Below, one piece after another: positions 13,270 through 26,650 of a DNA stretch of 64,000 nucleotides. The stretch comes from Chiloscyllium plagiosum. Lineage: Eukaryota. Positions within the stretch are counted from its first letter, which is position 1, and each line of letters starts with the position of its first letter. The stretch covers positions 2,730,776-2,794,775 of the forward strand of contig NC_057756.1 of the NCBI RefSeq assembly GCF_004010195.1. The letters run 5' to 3'. A model generated the notes under the pieces. That model was not told the DNA's origin, made no database searches, and was given only the letters and a program-made list of their open reading frames with translations. Both the position numbers and the translations under genes were made by a program.

Positions 13270-14870
13270 CTCAAGTCAATCATTAAAACACTGTGAATGG
13301 ACAGCTTGGGCGAAATAATTTGAAACTTGGAAAAATAATGTTTTTTTGGATGGAATTCTTTGAATGAGCAACATGCATTGTTTACAAAGGGAAAGTCATA
13401 GCTGTACGTTTCTTGGATTTGCAGAACGAATTCGGCAAGGTGGTACCTTCAGGAAAGAAACAGACGAGTGAGTGAGCAATGAGACCTGGAGGTGTAGCGA
13501 GCGTTGATAAATATTGGATGTCTCATAGAAGACAGGAAATGCACAAAGGATATTTTGTTTTGGTTGTAGGTTGAAACTGAGGGGTGTGCTATCCTGCAGG
13601 GATATCTGTTCTGGACTCAACTTTTCAGAGTTTGTATCGATGGTCTACACAAGAGAATTAAAGAAATGGTTGTTAAATTTGCTGATCAATGAATGGCTGA
13701 CGAGAAATTGTGCTGTGAAGAGAAGATAACGAAAAAAAGACAGCAAGTATACGTCAGGTAGTGTATTCAAAATGTAGATGCCTTTCAAAAGTAAATAGAT
13801 TAGCTGTGTTGTTTAAAACAAGGATATTAGAGGCTATACTCTATTTAGTAGACGGAAACAAGAAGAACAAATAAAGGTGAATTTATTTCTATGTTCAGAC
13901 TGAGAAGAAAGCAAGTAGAGATCATAATCTATAAGTAACAGAAGAGGCAACCTGTGCTTGGAGCCAGTGAACACCTTGAGTTCTTAAATCAAGGCTTCTC
14001 ATTGTTTTTTACAGACAGAAAAATATTTCAATAGGTACTTCAGTTTGGATGGAGATGTTCTAGAACACGTTAACATTGTTAAGCGGAAGGTGTTACATTT
14101 GTAATAGACCGAATTGCACAGTGCAATATGAAATCTATTTCCAGCTAAGATAAGCAACAGGGAAGACAATTTCTGGGTTATTTTTGGCTATATCTAATTG
14201 CTCTCTTTACAGATGTAAAGATCTAGATCACTGATGTTTAGCTGGACAGGTTCATATAATCAAGGAAGGCAGCAGAGTTATGATAGGCAGGAACAAGAAA
14301 GATATTCTGTCGCCAGTGGTTGGCAACATATTGAAATGAAGTCTGAATGGCAAAATTATTCATTACTTTGGAAAGACAGGTAAGTCGTTTCGTAGAAAGT
14401 AATGATGAACAACGTAGTGTTAGTACACATTGCCACAGATTCCAGAAGATATCAGCACTGGTCGAAAAGGGGTGAATAAGGCATAACAGACTCTTGCCTT
14501 CATGCATCGGAGCCAATAGGATGTAAGCAAAGGAGCCTTACTACAACTTCTTGCAATATGAGATAAGCCATAGATGAAGTGTTGTGTGCAATACTGGTCG
14601 GCACCCCATCAGAGGGACATAAACACACTATCTAAAAAGCAGACAAAATTCGCTGGGATGCTGCTTAATTTTATATGGCACAGTTATGTGGAAAATCTGG
14701 ATATCCGTGTACACTTTTCTTTGATCGGAAGAGTCAAAGACGGAGATTTGTTTGCGTGATGAAAAATTATGAGGAACACACACCGTTATTGTGAAAATCG
14801 TTTCCGAATGGCAGATCTGCTTAACACGAGAGTACATAAGTATAAGGTAAAGAATCGATTGAAGTGGGGA
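13270..14870 (+). mobile_element. Highly decayed CR1 RT fragments
   Basis: KFAD-like motif at about 13675; CCVQYWSAPHQRDI in ORF 14574. Confidence 0.65.
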
Positions 14871-14879
14871 GATAGTTTT

Positions 14880-16290
14880 ATAGACACATAGAGATGAGCA
14901 ACAAGGAAACAAACCTTTCAGTTCAACTCATCACTGCCGACCAAATATCCGAACTTAATTTAAGCCCAATCGGCAGCTTATCAATCTAAGCTCTTCCTAT
15001 TTATGTACCAACCCAGACACCTTTTAAATCTTGTGATCATACCAGCCTCCACTACTTTCGATGGCAGCTCATTCCATACACTCACTACACATTGGTATGA
15101 AAATGTTTATTCTTACCTCCCTTTTAAATCTTCTCTTTCTCAGCCTAGACCAATGCCATCTAGTTCTGGACTCCCAAAATCAGGGAAGAGATTAAGTCTA
15201 TTTATCCTATTCCTGCCCTTCATATTTTGTAAACTTCAAAATAGTCACCTCTCAGCCGCCGAAATTTCAAGGAAAATAGCCCAAGCCTATTTAAGTTCGC
15301 TCTACTGTTGAAACAGTATAACCATGACAAAGCCCTTGTTAATCTTTTCGGATGTTCAAGCTTCACAATATCCTTCCTATGGATAGAGAAAGAAATTTCA
15401 TCCAATGTTTCAAAAGTGGCCGACCAATGCGCTGTTCATCCGTATTATAACCTCCCGACTCCTGTCTAATGAAGGGAAGCATTAGCAACCCTTCTTCACT
15501 CTCTGATCTACACGAGACTCCACGTCTAAAAATATATGAACCTGCAATCCAATGTCTCTTTGCTCAGCAACGCTCCCCAAGACCTTTGCATTCAGTTTAT
15601 ATGTTCTACCGTGATTTATTTTTCCAAAATGCAGCGCCTCACATTTATCTAAATCATACACCATCTGACATTGGCGTATTGTATCAAGCTACTGTTTTTT
15701 TTTTGCCTGAGGTAATCTTATCCCCTTTCTGCTGCACCTGCATCTGCAAACGTCCTAATTATACTTATATGTTCACATCCAAACCGTTTATGCAACGAAA
15801 GAAAACGTTGGGTCCAGCCCCAATCCTTTGGCCACGCCACTTTTTACAAGTCTCCAGTCTGAAAAGCAACACGATCACAACCGTCTGCCTTCTGTCTTCG
15901 AGTCAGTTGTCCGTCCAAATAGATACTTCTCCCTGTATTCAGTGTGAACTATCCTTGCTAACCTGACTACCATAAGGAAATTTGTCAAACCACTTCCTGA
16001 AGTCCATATAGATCATGTCCACTGCTCTGTCCTCAACAATCCTATTCGCTACTTATTCAAAAACCTCAACCACGTTAGTGAGACACGATGTTTCAAAGCA
16101 CAAAGTCATGTTGATTATTCCTAATCAGTATTTTCCCTGTCCCTTAGCATTCCTTCCTCCAGCTTGCGCACCACGGATGCCAGTTTCACAGGTCAACAGT
16201 TACCTGTTTTTTCCTTGTCATCATTCTTAATTAGAGGCACCGCATTCACCAAACTTGAATCATCTGGCACCTCACCTTTGACTATCTGAA
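14880..16290 (-). mobile_element. CR1 LINE 3' fragment
   Basis: DKCEALHFGK...AEQRDIG and LNRLGLFSL..RRLRGD in minus-strand ORFs; 3' tail near 14880. Confidence 0.9.
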
Positions 16291-16519
16291 ATATATGGAA
16301 CTTGTTGCCTCAGACAATAGTTGAGTAACATATTTTGTAATATTGGAAAAATATCTCGATAAGAACATAAAAGTCAGGACATGATAGGCTATAGAGCAAT
16401 TGCGGGGTGAATGAAATTATTGTGGCGTGATATTTTTCTGTAAGCATCGCCATTGAAGGCATAAAGTCCCGTTTCTGTGCAGTCTGGCTCCATGATACCG
16501 CAGCAAGCTTATTGAGCAA

Positions 16520-17480
16520 TTATCACCATTTAATTTATCATATCAGATCTGATACGTGGATAAGAGCGTGGGATGTGGAATTGCTAAATAGCTAGGGGTA
16601 TTTTAAAAATCAGTGACCTGTTTAATGGAAGGACGATGTTGTCTAATTCGTCTCGTGGATAAAAGAGCAAACAGTATCACACAGGTCCTGTATTTGATTC
16701 AGAAGACTAAATGAACTGCATTTTCGCTAAAAAAAACAAATTCAGATTGATATGTATGGAAAGAATGAGCACCTTGATGGAGTACTCAGTGTATGACAGG
16801 ATATTGGGAAGCTCAGAGGAAAAGATGGATATTCAGTGCATTTCCACAGGTCTCTGAAGGTGACAGGACAAGTTAATAGCTTATCCGATGCTTGGCTTTA
16901 TCAACATTTTCATTGATCTTAACAGCAGAAAGATTATATTGGAGCTGTATAGTACCTAGGCTTGGTCAGAGCTGAAGTAGTTTCTGCTGTTCTGGTTACC
17001 TTACCAGGGAGGTAATATCATGACACTGGATAACGTTCAGGGGGATTCATCAGAGTATTGCCTGTGATGGACCTAGGCAGGGATAAGGAGCATTGGATTA
17101 AGCCAGAGTTGATTTCTTTAGAGCAGAGAAGCCCGAGAATGGGATCTGATTGAGAGGTATGGGAATATAGAAGACCCCGTAAAATATGAATATGCAGCAA
17201 CTGCTTCCATTTTGCGAAGTATCTAAAACAACGTGGGAAATTTCAAAGTGAAAGACAGAAAGTTCAGAGGGGATTTGATGTGAAAACAATCTCTCATGCA
17301 GTAAGTTATGACAGTCTTGCTTGTATTGTCTGGGAGGGAAGTTAAGGCGGCAAAACTGACCATCGTGGATAATGTATTTCAGAACATTCAAGGGTATGGG
17401 CGTATTGTCAGTTAATGGTGCTACTGAAAGTTACAGTTTTTTTGATGTTGCAATCGCCATGATCGATAGTTCTGTGTAAT
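16520..17480 (+). mobile_element. Decayed CR1 RT 3' fragment
   Basis: Eroded RT C-terminal motifs (QRGFIRVLP; LISLEQRSPR) and a 3' UTR-like end. Confidence 0.65.
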
Positions 17481-18939
17481 TTTATTTCATTTATAAAGGC
17501 TTTGCACGATGGCACCGAACATATCACATGAATTTCTGCCCCCTTTTCTAACATATTCAGAACAAGTGATTGGGCTGATTCCGTCAAAGATAATCTGTTT
17601 GAAATCAGAAAAATGTGAGTTGTTTTTTCGTATCAAGATTAGATAGGCAAACGTTCGCAAAACAGACTTTGAATGTGGCAGTGTAATTTGGTTGAGCAAA
17701 ATAAATTTTACATTTGCCTTTATTGGGTGGATGCATATGTTCATGTTTGAATCAATACACTGTGAGCACTCTCTTAGTAATGCACGGAGAACACTGTTGT
17801 GACAGGACAGCAGTGGGAGCAGAGGTTTTGTTGCTTTTCAGGGAGTGCTATGCCATTGGATACCTCTAAATGAAAAAAAAACACTATGGTGAAGGGCAGT
17901 TCATTAGTCTTGAGACTGAATTTGATTTGCAAGAAAGCTAATGGTTAACATAATTGGCTGGGAAGGTAGAATTTCGAATAAGATATGAACCATAATGTGA
18001 TCTACTAAAACGGTGGATGAGACTTGCACGGAGAGAATTCCGCATAATTTGAAAAGCTCTGTATTTACTAATGGGACTACTGAAGTTTGCTCCCAGTAAT
18101 TGGACGTCGACTGCTATACGTGAGTAATCTATGTGGACACGCACTCATGGTCAGCCACGGCATTTCTTTTTAATAAAGTATTAAGCACTAAACATATAAA
18201 CGAGCTTCAGAAAATGAATTGGTCGCACAAAGATTTGAGCTTAAAATGCTTCTTGTCAGTTAGAAGCAGAGTGGCATTTTGGGTCCAGATGTATTTTGGA
18301 GCGAAAACTTTGCTGTTTATTTTATTCCTGGTGGTAATTCCGTAAATGTGTGTGGGAAAATTAAGCATAGAACATATTATTATTTACACGCAATTGACCT
18401 TTATTTTCTGTTCTGCCATAAAGAGCTTGAGAAAAGGAACAAAGATCACGTTTCAGTTCTCAAGAATTCTCAAAATTGAAAGGCATATGGTGTCTCAGAA
18501 AATTGATCACAAGCAATGCTACTGGGCAATACGCCACCTGATACCACCTACATCGTTATCTGATTGATTGCACCTTAGTTCCTTAAAGAACACTTTATCT
18601 AAAAACTCTTCCAATGACTGAACTACAAGATCTAGACAGTTTTCCAAATTAGTGCCTAATCGACGGCAATATATCACCATTTCTTCTTATTATCCCATCA
18701 CCGTTAGCATCTCGCACTATTAATCAAAGTCAAAAACCTTCCAAAAGACGAAGTCATCGCTTGAGCCCAGTTAGATTGCTATCTGTGCCAACGCCTTGAC
18801 ATAATCTCTCTTTAGCAGGTAACCCACAAGGTAATCTTCTCACCCAAGAACACTAAGGTTATCACCTTATCGGTTTGTCAACATACCACCTGATCACATT
18901 TTAGCTGACAATCTGCCAACGGAAGAAAACGGGAAACAA

Positions 18940-18969
18940 CCAATCAGAGATTTTATCCTCCATATAAAA
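18940..18969 (+). promoter_or_regulatory. Possible Pol II promoter: CCAAT box and TATA box
   Basis: CCAATCAG at 18940-18947 and TATAAAA at 18963-18969, about 70 nt upstream of ATG 19036. Confidence 0.35.
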
Positions 18970-19035
18970 TATCATCAACCAGAAACAGACCATCCAGTCT
19001 TTTTGTGCACTTACCCAAAACTTATTATAGAAATA

Positions 19036-19142
19036 ATGAAGAAATATAGCTGGCACAGCATATCGAATCTCTTGATATTCTTGATATGGTTTTGGTTTTG
19101 GCTCAACCTTCCAATATATTCCATCTCATCATTCAAATCCTG
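19036..19142 (+). CDS. Candidate signal-peptide/TM exon (MKKYSWHSISNLLIFLIWFWFWLNLPIYSISSFKS)
   Basis: Basic N-terminus plus hydrophobic core, with strong donor CTG|gtaagt (phase 2). It could alternatively start at the acceptor ttattatag|19031. Confidence 0.45.
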
Positions 19143-19373
19143 GTAAGTAACTGTTGAAAATAAGAACGCTCACCTCCTTTTACAAAAAAAATAATCTTTA
19201 CGTTATTTCCTCATGTGTCACTCCAATTAATGGAAAAGACTGATTTCCACAATTAGCTGCATGAATGGTGCATCTGCTGTTTACGGGGTAGCATCTTTCA
19301 ATGGATGCTGCATGGAAGTCGAGCAACACAAAAATGGTTGTGAAAATGCATAAAATATTTAAAGTCTTTGCAG

Positions 19374-19397
19374 GAGTAGTCTGTTGAATGATAAACG
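19374..19397 (+). CDS. Candidate 24-nt phase-2 microexon (WSSLLNDKR)
   Basis: gtctttgcag|GAGTAGTCTGTTGAATGATAAACG|gtaaga. Open only in phase 2, which matches the preceding exon. Confidence 0.45.
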
Positions 19398-19600
19398 GTA
19401 AGAATGAAATGACAAGGTTTAACCTTTGCTTTCATTTGATCCCGTACAAAAGATGGATTCATTAAGAAATAGCGTGTTATCTGATTCAAGTAAAGACATT
19501 TTAGAGTACATTTTATTTACTTTTAAAACCTTGAATTCTTTTGACAGCATTTAGATACGATGGTGTTTCTGCATTCTAAATGTTGGCTGTCGTATTGCAG

Positions 19601-19621
19601 ACATTGAGAACGAAGAAGCAT
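19601..19621 (+). pseudogene. Dead 21-nt heptad pseudo-exon (DIENEEA), paralog of the 2718 exon
   Basis: gtattgcag|ACATTGAGAACGAAGAAGCAT|ataagt. The donor GT has become AT; 15/21 nt match exon 2718-2738. Confidence 0.5.
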
Positions 19622-19952
19622 ATAAGTACATTACAGATTACGACATATTCCCTTGTGTACTCCAACACCACATTGAGCAGAGTCTGCATCGAAATAGAAC
19701 TGGCGAAACGTACTGTAACAATGTCAGTACTGTAAGTTATTTTACTTTTGGACAAGGCACGAATGCCTGTGTGATATTCATTTTAGTATCTTGAAGTTAT
19801 TACTCTACAAGTGCATAGAGAAAAAAAAGAATTGCTGCCAATGCTGAGGACTGGACTGCAGTGAGGGTGGTTATCTTCCCGGATAGAATTAACAAGAGAG
19901 ATAAATTACTGGATGTTCCGATAGATAGATTGTTAAGTGCACTCCCGATCAG

Positions 19953-20013
19953 GCACGTGCGTGCATACATGCACAAGCATACACGCGCGCGCGCACACAC
20001 ACACACGTACATG
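19953..20013. repeat. Alternating purine-pyrimidine tract (CG)n/(CA)n
   Basis: gcacgtgcgtgcatacatgcac...acacgcgcgcgcgcacacacacacacgtacatgc. Confidence 0.85.
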
Positions 20014-21784
20014 CTAACACACAGAGGATGTGAGTAGTTTATGAGTGAAATCAAGTGGGCTGCTTTATCGTGTATGTTATCAAGATTTATGTATGTTCTT
20101 CGAGCTGCAACCCCACACGCGTGCTTTGCAGAAGCCGGAGAAGCTTTTGGCGAGCAATAAACAAAGTACTTTCTGGAATACTTCTCACTCAGAAATGCTC
20201 GGGAAGTGCTGCATTTCTATAGCGAGTCCATTTTAATTTCGGATCATCGGTAATCTCCCAACTTGTTAATATTTAATATTTTCTTTTGCTTCCTTGATGT
20301 TAACACCACTGAAGTTTTGATTTTCTCTGATTGGTGGCAGTCTTTTCCTGGCACTTGTACAGCTTGAATATTCCTTACCACATTTCAGAACAAGCCTGAA
20401 GATTGGTCTTACTTAATTTAGATTGAGATCACTTTAGTTCCTGAGGATTCAGTAATGGGGCTGATGCAGATTCAAAACTTTGTGTCAGTGAGATGGTCGA
20501 TGCTGAGTATCAAAAATAGTCATTATTGACAAAATGCAGGAAAATTATTCGTAATGTCAGTTAGATGATGTTTTAGCTAGACTGCAGCAGCTTGGCTGCA
20601 GGTGTGGTTGTGTTCTGCAACACAAGTGGTATGGAGCAGGCCAAACTTCCTCAACACATTTCGATAAGGTAGCCCAGATCCTATATTTATGAGTGGTGTT
20701 AAGCAGATGCAACGCTGATCTTCCAGGAGTGAAACAGGTGATCAAATAAAACAGAATTCTAATCCAAGATTGCCAAATAGAACACACAGAAGACAACAGA
20801 ATACCGATCAATTTAACATATCCAAAACACAACAGATTATCCCAACTTAATGATGCTGTTCCAATTCATTGCAATAATCGCCAAAAATACCCTTTACCAG
20901 AAAACATAAAATCTAACACAGCGTCTTCCAGCAGAGACGGAGATGGAAGCAAGGAACACCTGCTTCCATGTAGCAATTTCTTGGACCAGCGAATAGCCAG
21001 TGAATAGCCAGACTGTCTTCAGTGAATAACCAGACTGCCAAACAAAAATCCAACTGGTGTAAAGCAGAGCAGGGAGTAATATTCACCTAACTTTCATTGT
21101 ATTAGTGTTTCCTTTTTAAAATTCAAAGCCTTTTACCTGAGCCAATATCTGTCAGCTATAATCGAATTGGCACTAAAACATTTAAACTCAAGATATTGCA
21201 GAACAAATGTTTTAAAAACTAGCGAAAAGAAAAACAAAAGACAACTGAATTTTGATAAAGGAGCAGCACCATCATGCTATAGCCCTTAATAAAATGAATC
21301 ATACGTATTCAAAGACGCATTTGTTTTATCCCATCAATTTTACCCTTTTAGTGCCCTATAACACACACATGAATTGCATCGACATTAAACATGCAAACAG
21401 GAAATACTGAGCCATGCTTGAGTATGTTTTACTCCTTCTACTGAATACCTTCTACTTTCAGCCGTTAGAGATGTATCAAATCAATCGACAAAAATCAGTC
21501 AATTTTAATTCTTGTTTGCACATGAGGTCAATGACAACTCAAATTAATTAAGGAGAGTGTGGGGATTCAGAGACCATATATTTGGAGTTATAATAACTTT
21601 TGGAAACATTTAAACAGAGCTGGGAAATTAGTACGATAGCATTAAAAAAAAATACATTCATGATGAAACAGGAGCAGACAAGGAATCAAAAACTTGCCAT
21701 TTTACAATTGGAGACAACGTGGTATATTAATTCCAGTGATCAGTGAAACTTGAAAAAGCAAAGTGTTTTAGACCTTATCAAGTC

Positions 21785-22240
21785 ACAGAGTCATAGGTTC
21801 AAAGATATGTATGAAATAGGATCAGAACCTTCTTACTAACTCGTCCATGCTGAATAGACATTCTAAACTAATCTAGTCTCACTTGTCGCTACTTGGCCCA
21901 GTTCCCTCTAAAACCTTCTTTTTCATATAAGCATTCAGATGCCTTTCAAATGTTGTATTTGTACCAGCTTACATCAATTCTTTTGGCAGCTCATTTTGTA
22001 CACGCACCATCAGTTGTATGAAAAGTTGCTCTTTCTCGCCCATACGAATACTTACCCTCTCACCCTAAAGTTATGCCCTATAGTTACCCTAAAGGAGGGG
22101 CATGACCTTTACCGCTTAGCCTAACAATGCCGCCCATGTTGTCATAAACCTCTCCAAGATCATGTCTCAACCTCCCACGCTCCAGAGAAAACAGCCCCAG
22201 ATGAACCAACCTCTCCTTATTGCTCAATCGTTCCAGACAG
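21785..22240 (-). mobile_element. CR1 LINE 3' end
   Basis: ERLVHLGLFSLERGRLRHDL in ORF 22084; ctatgactctgtg-type tail on the minus strand. Confidence 0.85.
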
Positions 22241-22299
22241 TAAAAGAAAATCTCACAGAGTTTGGTATGGGCATATTCCCAAAATATATTTTGACAGGG

Positions 22300-23105
22300 A
22301 AGGAAAACATAAAAGAGAATATACAAAATGTTGCAACACACAGTGTAGACCCAAGCTAAAAGAATTCTGAACTGGACACTACACTATTAAAATTGGACAA
22401 TGAAGAACATATCAAAAATTGTCATAATTTACTCAATCATTTTCCAGATGGAATCGGAAATTACATGGAACAGTTATTATTGTACATGGAGGTATTTGGA
22501 AATACAGTGGAAAGTACTAATCTCATTATGTAGATATACGAAACACTGTTCTGATTAATCAACACCCTTACATATTAACCTTCTACTATTGACACTCGTT
22601 CTGAAAGAGTGTTAACACATGTTCCAAACAACATTATCAAAGCCAGTTGTAGTGATTGGAGATCACCCATAAAAAATGTTCCGTCAGCACATTGTACCCA
22701 ATGGTTACATTGTTGCAAAATCAATGCATTCATAAAGTCTGATTCATTCCCAATAAAAAGTTTGGAAAATTGTATTGAGAACTTGGGACAAGCAACAGAA
22801 ATTTCGAAGTTTGAATTATTCAGAGCATATTGGCCGGTAGACTTATCCACGAGAGCAAAGACGATTTCGGCTTTCATTTCAGTGCATGATATGCATCAAT
22901 TTAAAATCATAGTATTTCGTATGAAATATGTAGCAGCTAGATTTCAAACAATAACCAATAAATTTTTTTCTGGATTACACTGTTTTGTATTAGACATCAA
23001 CGACCTGGTGAGTATTCGTGGAATATGGAAGGAATATTTGCAGTATTTATTGGAAATATTTCAAAAATTTGGTGGTGAATTCTCCAAAGTTTGGAATAAT
23101 TTTGG
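22300..23105 (+). mobile_element. Gypsy (Gmr1-like) reverse transcriptase relic, 5' half
   Basis: WRSPI...KINAFIKSDSFPI..LENCIENLGQA..ISKFEL.RAYW.V.L..RAKTISAF...FRMKYVAARFQ...LDINDL (decayed YIDD). Confidence 0.85.
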
Positions 23106-23109
23106 GAGG

Positions 23110-26100
23110 TTGGATGAATTCCCAGCGATAAGCCACGAGGTACAGGTCTCTGACACAGAGTCTGTCCCTTTTGCTAAGAATGTGAGGGGCATGAAGACGA
23201 ACAGAGCGTTATTTATTGGGGCCACTAGAGGTTTGGGGATAGATTGGAGGAAATGTGGGAACGAGACAGACTCACGATTGGTGCGCTGCCTCCCTGGTGC
23301 CATGGTTCATTATGTCTCGGCTTGTGTATTTGGGATCCTTAAGAGGGAGGAGGAACAGCTACAAATCGTGTTGCACATAAGTATTAGAGACTTAGATAGG
23401 AAAACGGATGGAGTTTTATGGCAGAAATTCAGAGAACTACTGTGAAAGCTTAATGCTAGAAAAAGACAGACTTGTTATCTTTGGTTTGCTGGCCGTGTCA
23501 CGTGCAAGCGAGACGAGAAATAGGAAGAAAGCGGAGTTGAACATGTATCTGCAGGGATGGTGAAGGAGGGGGGTTTCCGACACATGAATAATTGTGTCTT
23601 ACTCTGCGTTGGTGGGACTCTAAAAACAAGATGGTCTTCACCTGAACCAGAAGCCTACTAATATTCCTGGGGGAGGAGGCGGGGTCGGATTTTCTCACGC
23701 AATTTTGAGGGTTTAAATAATTTAGAAGGCGGATGGGAACCTAAATCGTAGGTCCAATGACAATGAAGTTAAGAGTGGTGAGAACAGAAATAAGGTTTCA
23801 AGGTAACAAGTGTTCACCGGTAAGCGTGAAGGTTATTTAAATTATGTCTACTTCAATGCCAGGAGCATTGAGATGGGTGAACTTGCAGAGTAGGTTTGTA
23901 TTTGGGACTTCGATGTTGTGACAATTTCGAAGACATGTATAGGGCAGGGACAGGAATGGTGGTTTGTTCGTTCCAAGTTCCAGGAATTAGATGTTTCATT
24001 AAGGACAGAAATGATGGCTAAAGTAGGGGAGAAATGGCATTGTTAATCAAGGGCAGTATTATGGGACTCATTGACTGAACTAGTTCTTTTGAGGTTAAAA
24101 AAAAGAATGGAGAGGCTTATTCAAAGGAAACTCTTATTCAAAGGCCTGTTGAAAACTCCTATTGGGAATTTTCAATAGGCCTCTGAATAGTCCCAATGAT
24201 GTAGAGGAATGGATAGCAAAAACAATTCTGAACAACAGTGGGAGTCACAGGCTAGTTATTATGGAAACTTTAACTTCCCAAATATTGGCCGGAAATACGA
24301 TAGTTCGAGTACTTTAGATTGGTCAGTCTTAGTCCAAAGTGTGCAGGCTGATTTCCTGACACAGTATGTTGACAAGTCAAGAAGGGGCTAGGCCACAATT
24401 GATTTGGTACTGGGTAATGAACCTGGCCAGGTCTTAGATTTGCAGACTGGTGAGCACTTTCGTGATACTGACTACGATTCTGTTATACTTACTTTACCGA
24501 GAGAAAGGACTACGTTTATAATGCAGAGCAAGATATTAAGCTGGGGAGAAGGGATTAAAATGCAATAAGGCAGGATTTAGGATGTATATCATGGGGGAGG
24601 AAACCACAGGTGATGAGCACAATTGAAATATGAAGCTTATTCAAGGAACAGCAACTGCGTGTCCTTAATAGTTATGTACCTGTCCGACAGGAAGGAAGTG
24701 ATCGAGCGAGGTTTACTCATGACTTTGAATCTCTTGTCAAGATGAGTAAGAAGTTGCATGTTAGGCTGAGGCGCGGAGCTCCGTTTGGTATTTGAAAGTT
24801 ACGAGTTAGCCAGGAAAGACCTACACGAGTGGTATGAAGAGCCATGAGGGGACGTAAGAAATCGTTTGCAGATAGGATCAAGGAAAAAACTAAGCAATGT
24901 ACAGGTACATCAAGAATAAAAGAGTGAATAATGAAATAATAAGACAACTCAAGGATAATGGTGGGAAATTGCACATGAAATAAAAGGACATGGGGAAGTG
25001 CTAAATGAACATGTTGCATCAGTATTCACACTAGAAGAGGACAATGCTGTGGAGGATAATATGGAATCACACTCTACTAGACTTGACCGGACTGACGTAC
25101 ACAAGGAGGGGATGTTGGCAGTTCTGGAAAGAGTGAAAATGGATAGGACCCCGGGACGGAGAGGATTTATCCTGGTATTATCTGGGAAGTCCGGGATGAG
25201 GTTGTGGAACACTTGGTTTTGGTCTTTATGCCTTCAGTGCATACATGAATAGTGACAGAAGACTGGATCATAAGAAGGTGAGGAGAGACAACTCTGGTAT
25301 TTATTGACCAGTGAGCCTTACTTCGACTGGTGGTAAAGTTTTGAAAAAAAGTTATAAGATATAGGATTTATAATCATCTGAGAAGGAATTACTAGTTTAG
25401 GGATGGCCAAAACGGTTTTGTCAATGGTAGATCCAGCCTCACAAACCTTAGTGTGCGCATTGAGATGGAAACTGAACATATTGATTAGGGTAAAGTGGCT
25501 GATGTGGTCTATTTGGGTTACAGTAAGGCGTTTGATTCGGTTCCTCAAAGTAGGCGATTGAACAAAATGCCAAGGCATTTGATTAAGGGTGATTTAGCGG
25601 TTTGAATCAGAAATGAACTAGCTGAAAGAAGACAGAGGTTGGTGAATGATGGGAAATATTCATCATGGAGTTTAGGTAATAAGGGCATACCTCAAGAATC
25701 TGTGTTGGGGCCACTGCTCTTTGGCATTTTCATAAATGACTCAGAATGGGGTGTATAAATGATTGATTAGTAAATTTGCAAGTTACACTAAGGCCCGTGC
25801 AGTTATGGACAGTTCTGCAGTATGTCGCAAATTACAGAAGCACATAGATAACTGCAGAGCTTGGCTGAGAGTTGATAATGTCGAAATGTGTGAGGTGATT
25901 CACTTTGAAAAAGAGCAACAGGAAGAAGAAGTATTGGCTATTGCTATAGTTTCTTGGAAGTGTACATAAGCTGAGAAATCTCGGTGTCCTTGTACATATA
26001 TCCCTCAACGTTACTAGTTTGATCGGGTTCTTGCGAATGCATACGGTGTGTAGGCTTTTATTTGTAGTAGGACCGAGTTTCAGTGCCACGAGGTCATGCA

Positions 26101-26650
26101 TCAGCTGTACACTTTTGGTTGAATTGCATATTGTTCTGATCACCGCATTATAAGAAGGATGGGGAAGTTTTGGATACAGTTCAGAGGAGATTTATTAGGA
26201 TTTTGTCTAATATGGAGGGAAGGTTTTGTGAGAAAAGGCTTAAGGGCTTGAGGCCTTTTTCATTCGAGACAAGATGGTTCAGTGATGACTTATTTGATAT
26301 ATCTAAGGTAATCAGAGGGATTGTATAAGGGGGACAGTGAGAGCCTTTTCTCCACGAATGGTGATTGTTCGCATGAGGGTCATTGCTTCACATTGCCGGC
26401 TGATGGACAGAGGACAGAAGTCAGAGTTAGTTTCTTTGCTCAGAGAGTGGGGTGGGGATGTGGAAAGCATTACCTGGAATAATCATTGACTCGGCAACTT
26501 TGATGGCATATAAATCATCGTTGGATGAACATATGAGTGAAAATGGAAAAGTGTAGGTTAGATGGGGCTCAGATTATTTCCATAGGTAGGCGCAAAATCG
26601 AGTAGTGAAGGACCTTTACTGCTCTGTAATGCTTTATGTTCTATGTTCTA
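23110..26650 (+). mobile_element. Near full-length decayed CR1 LINE (ORF1 esterase, APE, RT, ctatgtt tail) inserted in the Gypsy RT
   Basis: RLVRCLPGA (ORF1), YFNARSI (APE), GNFNFPNI, ISKFA (RT); 3' tail atgttctatgttcta at about 26636-26650. Confidence 0.9.

Noticed and set aside
19085..19142. Alternative frame YGFGFGSTFQY resembling an Ig/TCR J segment (FGxG) before a donor
   Set aside because: No heptamer/nonamer RSS upstream, and an in-frame stop immediately precedes it.
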